Shown: piece after piece, positions 27,753 to 32,000 of the stretch
How positions within the stretch are numbered: position 1 is the stretch's first letter
Layout of the letters: each line of letters opens with the position of its first letter
Source of the DNA: Methanothermobacter marburgensis str. Marburg
Lineage (GTDB): Archaea; Methanobacteriota; Methanobacteria; Methanobacteriales; Methanothermobacteraceae
Length of the DNA stretch: 32,000 nucleotides
Assembly: GCF_000145295.1 (NCBI RefSeq)
Contig: NC_014408.1
Location: 330,001-362,000, forward strand
Direction: 5' to 3'
Made by a program: the position numbers and the translations under genes
The notes under the pieces: generated by a model
What the model was told of the DNA's origin: nothing
Seen by the model: the letters and a program-made list of their open reading frames with translations, nothing else
Databases searched by the model: none

Positions 27753-28100
27753 ATGAAGAGTGATGTCTGTGAAATCGATGATGCCAATGAGGCCCGGGTG
27801 CTCATGGTGAGGGAGTCGATGCCTGACGACGATGAAATAAAAGGACTCTGTGACCTCTTCAAAATATTATCCGAGCCCACAAGGCTCAGGATAATCGAGG
27901 CACTCACCGTGGATTCACTGTGTGTCTGTGAACTCGCATCCCTCCTTGAGATGACCCAGTCAGCGGTTTCTCACCAGCTCAGAATTCTGAGAAGTGCGGG
28001 AATCGTTGACTATGAAAGGGATGGTAAGATGGCACGCTACCACCTCACCGATAGGGGCGTGGCGGATATTATAGAAAACTGCAGGAGCAAATGTCCTTAG
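27753..28100 (+). CDS. ArsR/SmtB-family metal-sensing transcriptional repressor
   Basis: 'LCVCELASLLEMTQSAVSHQLRILRSAGIV' (CVC metal motif plus HTH). Extra Cys in the N-terminal 'DVCEID' and C-terminal 'CRSKCP'. The ORF-track start at 27708 would leave only 36 nt for two promoters, so I prefer MKSDV at 27753. Confidence 0.8.
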   Translation: MKSDVCEIDDANEARVLMVRESMPDDDEIKGLCDLFKILSEPTRLRIIEALTVDSLCVCELASLLEMTQSAVSHQLRILRSAGIVDYERDGKMARYHLTDRGVADIIENCRSKCP

Positions 28101-28115
28101 TACAGGGGATATACC

Positions 28116-28769
28116 ATGTATGAACTTCTTTCGCATCCACTGGAGGATGGTTCACCGGTTCACCCGGCACTTGACGATGTGAGGATATCAATCAGGAACA
28201 TGATACCTGTGGATGGGTATGAGACCCACACCATCATCACATCCAACCATGCCGGGACCCATGTAGATGCCCCGGCCCATTTCATTGAGGGCGGAAAGAG
28301 GATAAGTGAATACAGTATTGAAGAACTTGTATTCAATGACGTCTGCACTGTGGACGTTGATGTGGGGCCAGGGGACCCCATAGGGAGCGGTGACATTGAG
28401 ATTCCCGACTGCGACCTCCTCCTCATAAGGACGGGCTTCGAGTCAGTGAGGGGTGGGGACACCTACCTGCAGGATAACCCCTGGATAACCCCTGAACTTA
28501 TTGATAACATAAGGAGGAACTTCAGGGGTATCAGGGCCATAGGGGTGGACTGCATATCAATATCAAATCCAGAACACCCATCTGAGGGCGAGATGGCCCA
28601 CATAATGGCCTTCACTGAGGACCCTGATTATGGGGAGCCAGTTCTCATCCTGGAGGATATGAAACTGATGAGTGCTCCGGAGGTTATTGAGAGGGTTTTT
28701 GTGGTTCCGTGGACCATTGAGGGGGTTGACAGTGCACCATGTACCGTTATAGCGGAATTTAAGGTTTAA
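28116..28769 (+). CDS. Cyclase-family (kynurenine-formamidase-like) metal-dependent hydrolase
   Basis: The signature 'NHAGTHVDAPAHF' (HxGTHxDxPxH). 217 aa. Confidence 0.8.
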   Translation: MYELLSHPLEDGSPVHPALDDVRISIRNMIPVDGYETHTIITSNHAGTHVDAPAHFIEGGKRISEYSIEELVFNDVCTVDVDVGPGDPIGSGDIEIPDCDLLLIRTGFESVRGGDTYLQDNPWITPELIDNIRRNFRGIRAIGVDCISISNPEHPSEGEMAHIMAFTEDPDYGEPVLILEDMKLMSAPEVIERVFVVPWTIEGVDSAPCTVIAEFKV

Positions 28770-28795
28770 TTTTCAGGGATCTGTGGAGGGTATCT

Positions 28796-29200
28796 GTGGA
28801 GATAAAGATAAGGCCTGTTGGATTTGTGAGATCCCCATTCATGGGGAGGGGGGAGGCACCTCACCAGGGGAGGCTCTCAATGGAGGAGAGCGAGATTCAC
28901 ATCTTCCCGGAGTACCGTGACGCCCTGGAGGGAATTGAACTTTTCAGGTACCTCTTTGTTCTCTACTGGCAGCACCTGGCTGAAAGGGATGTTCTTAAGG
29001 TTGTTCCGCGGGGTAAAAAGAAGAAGAGGGGTGTTTTTTCAACAAGGGCCCCTGCAAGGCCCAACCCGATAGGGCTGTGCCTGGTGGAGCTGCTGGAGTC
29101 AGGTGATTTCCTCAGGGTGAGGGGCCTTGATGCACTGGATGGCTCACCTGTTATCGATATAAAGCCATACCATGAGGATATCGATTCACCCGGGGACTGA
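28796..29200 (+). CDS. TsaA/YaeB (TrmO-like) SAM-binding protein
   Basis: 'RPVGFVRSPF', 'APHQG', 'RPNPIGLCLVELL', 'LDALDGSPVIDIKPY'. GTG start lies 4 nt after 'GGAGGGT'. Confidence 0.85.
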   Translation: MEIKIRPVGFVRSPFMGRGEAPHQGRLSMEESEIHIFPEYRDALEGIELFRYLFVLYWQHLAERDVLKVVPRGKKKKRGVFSTRAPARPNPIGLCLVELLESGDFLRVRGLDALDGSPVIDIKPYHEDIDSPGD

Positions 29201-29265
29201 AAGGTCAGAACGCCTTTTCACTGCAATTAGCAGGCAGTTATTGAGGAAGATGCTTAAGATCCGGA

Positions 29266-29754
29266 CTATTCCTCAGTTCTGAATGCTGCTTCAACGTCCC
29301 TTACAAAGGGTTCTATCTTGCAGTCACAGGTATTCTCCTTTATCTCCCTCTCGGTTATGGCGACTGTCTGGATGGGTTCCTTTCCTATGGTCTCGCTCAT
29401 ACGCCTGAATGTTCCCTCTGCACCGCTTCCACCATATGTACAGAAGAAGGCAGCATTCTTTATCTTTGATGCGTTTTCCCTGAGGTAGGTGCCCACCGGT
29501 ACCGATGGATTACCTGCCCAGACAGGTGTACCAACTATCACAAGATCATAGTCTGAGGGGTCCCTTTCATAGGGTTCAAGTACGGTGTCCTTGCCCCTCG
29601 CAGCCTGGTAACCTGATTTTAAAAACCCTATGATACCGGTTCGATTCTGGGTGTCCCTTATCTCCTCGATGTCACATTTGAGTTCCCTGGCGATCTGAGA
29701 TGCCACATCCCTGGTACGCCCGGTTCTTGAATAATATACCACAAGTGCCCTCAT
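29266..29754 (-). CDS. Flavodoxin-fold protein
   Basis: 'ALVVYYSRTGRTRDVA' (flavodoxin phosphate-loop-like) and 'LVIVGTPVWAGNP'. 162 aa. Confidence 0.75.
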   Translation of the reverse strand: MRALVVYYSRTGRTRDVASQIARELKCDIEEIRDTQNRTGIIGFLKSGYQAARGKDTVLEPYERDPSDYDLVIVGTPVWAGNPSVPVGTYLRENASKIKNAAFFCTYGGSGAEGTFRRMSETIGKEPIQTVAITEREIKENTCDCKIEPFVRDVEAAFRTEE

Positions 29755-29897
29755 GGTTACTGATATGTTGATGGACGCATAAATACTGTTCTCTTTGTGA
29801 TACTCAGAGGTTATAAGAACCTGGTGATAATGGAGTCATGAATATCATGGAGGAACTCTCAAAATCAGAATCATCTGCTTGCCTTAGTATGGGGGGT

Positions 29898-29976
29898 AGC
29901 TTCCAGAGATTTAAAGGGGGGTTGTTAGGAGTGAAAAAACGGGGAGGTGCTTTTTCGTTTTTTATCTCTGGAAGCT
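29898..29976. repeat. Nested perfect inverted repeat (13-bp outer stem, 8-bp inner stem)
   Basis: AGCTTCCAGAGAT (29898-29910) pairs with ATCTCTGGAAGCT (29964-29976). Inside, AAAAAACG (29934-29941) pairs with CGTTTTTT (29956-29963). Read directly from the sequence. Confidence 0.85.
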
Positions 29977-30083
29977 GATTTTTTGGTGCTTTCAACAGAA
30001 CAAAATATCCCGGAAGTTGAAAGCAATAATTTAAGGGGGTGATGTGTGTATGAGACACACAAACCTATATGTTAGAATTCTAG

Positions 30084-30093
30084 TATATAAATA
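30084..30093. promoter_or_regulatory. Strong TATA-box-like element inside the 472-bp spacer
   Basis: 'TATATAAATA', about 135-140 nt upstream of the methyltransferase ATG. Orientation is not determinable by eye. Confidence 0.35.
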
Positions 30094-30226
30094 TTTCGGT
30101 TGTGTGGGATGGTTTGCAAGCTAAGGCATCACATAAAGATTAGTGATGGAGGTCTACACACAGGTCCTCTTCACCATGGTGCATGCTAAAGTATCACATA
30201 CAACACAACTATAGACAGGTGACATT

Positions 30227-30901
30227 ATGCAGGTTATAGAGGGACCCCTCTTCACCGCCCGCACATGCCAGGAATACATGAAGATGTTTGATCTCAGGAT
30301 AAACGAACTTAAGGGGTTGCGAATACTTGACTGTCCAGCGGGTGCCAGCTCATTCACACCAATCATGGCGAAGAGGGGCCTTGATGTGAGGGCCTGTGAC
30401 ATCATGTATGGTGAGGAGGCAGATACTCTTGGGAATATGTGCAGGGAGCACCTCATGGCACTCACAGATGCCCTTAAGAGGATCAGGAACCATTTCGTGT
30501 GGAGGTTCTACTCTTCACCTGAGGAGATGCTTGAAAAACGCCTGAATGCCTGCGGGTGTTTTGAGGAAAGCTACAGAGAACACCCTGAACTTTACGTGAG
30601 GGGGGACCTCAGGGATTTACCCTTTGATGATGATGAGTTTGATCTCCTTCTCTCATCCCATCTCCTCTTCATATATGACCACAGGCTTGACAGGGAATTT
30701 CATGAAAGGGCCATTTCTGAGATGATACGCGTCAGCTCAGAGGTGAGGATATACCCGATTGTCAAGGAGAACGGAAAACTCTCAGATTATGCAGAAGGCA
30801 TACTGGAGGATAAAAGAGATGAATTTGATGCATTCACGGTCTCGGTGGACTATGAGTTCAGGAGGGGAGGTAACATGATGCTTGTTCTTAAGGGAATATG
30901 A
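30227..30901 (+). CDS. Putative class-I SAM-dependent methyltransferase
   Basis: 224 aa. Motif-I-like 'RILDCPAGASSF', acidic loop 'ACDIMYG', motif 'FDLLLSSHLLF'. The assignment is weaker than for the other genes. Confidence 0.6.
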   Translation: MQVIEGPLFTARTCQEYMKMFDLRINELKGLRILDCPAGASSFTPIMAKRGLDVRACDIMYGEEADTLGNMCREHLMALTDALKRIRNHFVWRFYSSPEEMLEKRLNACGCFEESYREHPELYVRGDLRDLPFDDDEFDLLLSSHLLFIYDHRLDREFHERAISEMIRVSSEVRIYPIVKENGKLSDYAEGILEDKRDEFDAFTVSVDYEFRRGGNMMLVLKGI

Positions 30902-31035
30902 CACCAGTTTCTGGTTCTTTTTCATGACTTTGCTTGTTCTTAAGGGAATATGACACCAGTTTCTGGTTCTTTTTCATGACTTTGCTTGTTCTTAAGGGAA
31001 TATGACACCAGTTTCTGGTTCTTTTTCATAACTTA
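30880..31035. repeat. 52-bp tandem repeat, 3 copies, first copy includes the last 22 nt of the methyltransferase gene
   Basis: The unit is GCTTGTTCTTAAGGGAATATGACACCAGTTTCTGGTTCTTTTTCATGACTTT. Copies at 30880-30931 and 30932-30983 are identical. Copy 30984-31035 differs at 2 positions. A degenerate partial copy lies at about 31067-31092. Confidence 0.9.
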
Positions 31036-31101
31036 TGATTACCTGATTTCATCCTTGAAGAAAAGATGATATCAGTTTTCTGTTCTTTCTGCGTTGGAAG
31101 A

Positions 31102-32000
31102 TCATCTGATCTCATCTAATATAGCCTGATGCATCCTCCTGATGAATTCTATCCGGTCCTCATACTTGAGCACGTCCAGGTAACCCTGGGCAACCAGGTT
31201 AAAGGCAAATGGTGAGGGTATCCTCGTGTCAAACTGCTTGATCTCCATTTCACCATCACGGATCCATTCAAGGACCCTGATGGCATTCTCGATGTCCATG
31301 TAGTCCTCCATAACCTCCCTGCGGGCCTCCTCGAGTATGGGGAACCTGTCATCCAGTTCACTCACAAATTTAAGTAGTATCTTACCCCTCACCTGCTGCC
31401 TGCCAACAGACTTCTCCTCCCCCCTGTACCTGCGGAGTATCATGAGTGCACGGCCAGCGCAGTGCCTGAACCTGCTTGCAAGGGTTTCTGTCCGGTCAAG
31501 GGCCTTCTTAAGTATCTCCCTGAGGTTCTCAGGTTCAAGTTCCATGAATGACTCGAGACCACCCATCTTTCCCTCTGAACTCAGATAGAATCCATTGTCA
31601 GATACAGATATCATGACGTCCCGCCGGTAACGCCTTGCAATGACATAGGCAACGGCCCTTGATAGGGCGTCGTTAACCCTCCTTCCAAAGAGGCTGTGGA
31701 AGACGATGAATTTTCTACCCCCGAAGCCAGTGTAGTACTCAACAAGCATCCTCCTGATGCTGGGTATTGCCGCGTAGAGGTACTGTTCACGGAAATACTC
31801 GTAGATTGAACCTGCGGCCCTCTCATCCACGTGGAGGTAGTCCATTATGAACTCTGTTATCTCTTCCTTTGAACGCCCGTACTGGAACTTACCATCCATA
31901 ATGTCCCTGAATCGCTGTATGTCAACTGCAAGGTCAAAGGAGAGGGGCAGCTGCTCCGAGAACCATGATGGAATGTTGGGGGGTCCTGAGGCGGGGCTGA
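31102..32000 (-). CDS. lhr: Lhr-type ATP-dependent helicase, C-terminal (DEAD/H-associated) region; gene continues beyond the window
   Basis: '[28 protein letters not shown]' resembles the Lhr DEAD-associated domain. The reading frame stays open from 31899 to the window edge at 32000, so the Met at 31899 is internal. Confidence 0.75.
   Translation of the reverse strand, partial: SPASGPPNIPSWFSEQLPLSFDLAVDIQRFRDIMDGKFQYGRSKEEITEFIMDYLHVDERAAGSIYEYFREQYLYAAIPSIRRMLVEYYTGFGGRKFIVFHSLFGRRVNDALSRAVAYVIARRYRRDVMISVSDNGFYLSSEGKMGGLESFMELEPENLREILKKALDRTETLASRFRHCAGRALMILRRYRGEEKSVGRQQVRGKILLKFVSELDDRFPILEEARREVMEDYMDIENAIRVLEWIRDGEMEIKQFDTRIPSPFAFNLVAQGYLDVLKYEDRIEFIRRMHQAILDEIR

Noticed and set aside
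29891-30039. Four G-runs (G6, G6, G4, G5) considered as a G-quadruplex
   Set aside because: The loops between runs are 19 to about 90 nt, far beyond canonical G4 geometry. The runs are better explained as parts of SD-like motifs and the hairpin bulge.
29804-30058. 84-aa minus-strand ORF in the 472-bp spacer
   Set aside because: It runs straight through the nested hairpin and poly-G/poly-A tracts. The product is Pro/Asn-rich, there is no SD, and no family resemblance. The region is treated as non-coding, with a separate note on a 46-codon plus-strand ORF.
30154-30465. 103-aa minus-strand ORF
   Set aside because: It is mostly antisense to the 5' part of the methyltransferase gene and has no motifs.
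30880-31035. Regularly spaced 52-bp repeats considered as a mini-CRISPR array
   Set aside because: The copies abut directly with no spacers. The unit includes the 3' end of a protein gene. No cas genes or leader are present. This is a plain tandem duplication.
1-32000. Scan of all spacers for tRNA, rRNA, C/D-box sRNA, transposase/integrase or cas genes
   Set aside because: I saw no cloverleaf-compatible GC-rich segment of 70-90 nt, no rRNA-like sequence, no paired C/D boxes and no mobile-element genes. Small RNAs cannot be excluded without a covariance-model search.

Overview
This window looks like a chromosomal segment of a Methanothermobacter-type (Methanobacteriales) methanogen. The 666-aa MCM, aIF2-beta, NMD3, TyrRS, the dTDP-rhamnose (rfb) genes and the tail of an Lhr-type helicase closely resemble, but are not identical to, what I remember of M. 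thermautotrophicus. The window is roughly 88-90% coding, with about 35 protein genes, mostly on the minus strand. Genes sit in tight operons with many abutting or overlapping stop/start junctions and Shine-Dalgarno sites of the GGAGGTGA type. The blocks are: (1) a MutS-like ATPase plus a GalT-like HIT enzyme, and a double-module Fe-S U32 protein behind a REC-PAS-GAF regulator; (2) a housekeeping operon mcm-eif2b-nmd3-tyrS; (3) rlmE with a phosphodiesterase, a photolyase/cryptochrome-family protein, and a voltage-sensor cation channel; (4) a membrane/glycoprotein pair followed by a TetR - SPASM radical SAM - B12 radical SAM operon, which is my top candidate for an uncharacterised system, possibly tetraether-lipid tailoring; (5) an rfb operon led by a small ORF and a HAD gene; (6) ArsR-cyclase-TrmO-like genes, a flavodoxin, a methyltransferase whose 3' end is triplicated as a 52-bp tandem repeat, and a 472-bp ORF-poor spacer with a nested perfect hairpin. 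I recognised no rRNA, tRNA, CRISPR array, transposase or integrase. All family calls rest on motifs read by eye; no database search or folding computation was possible.
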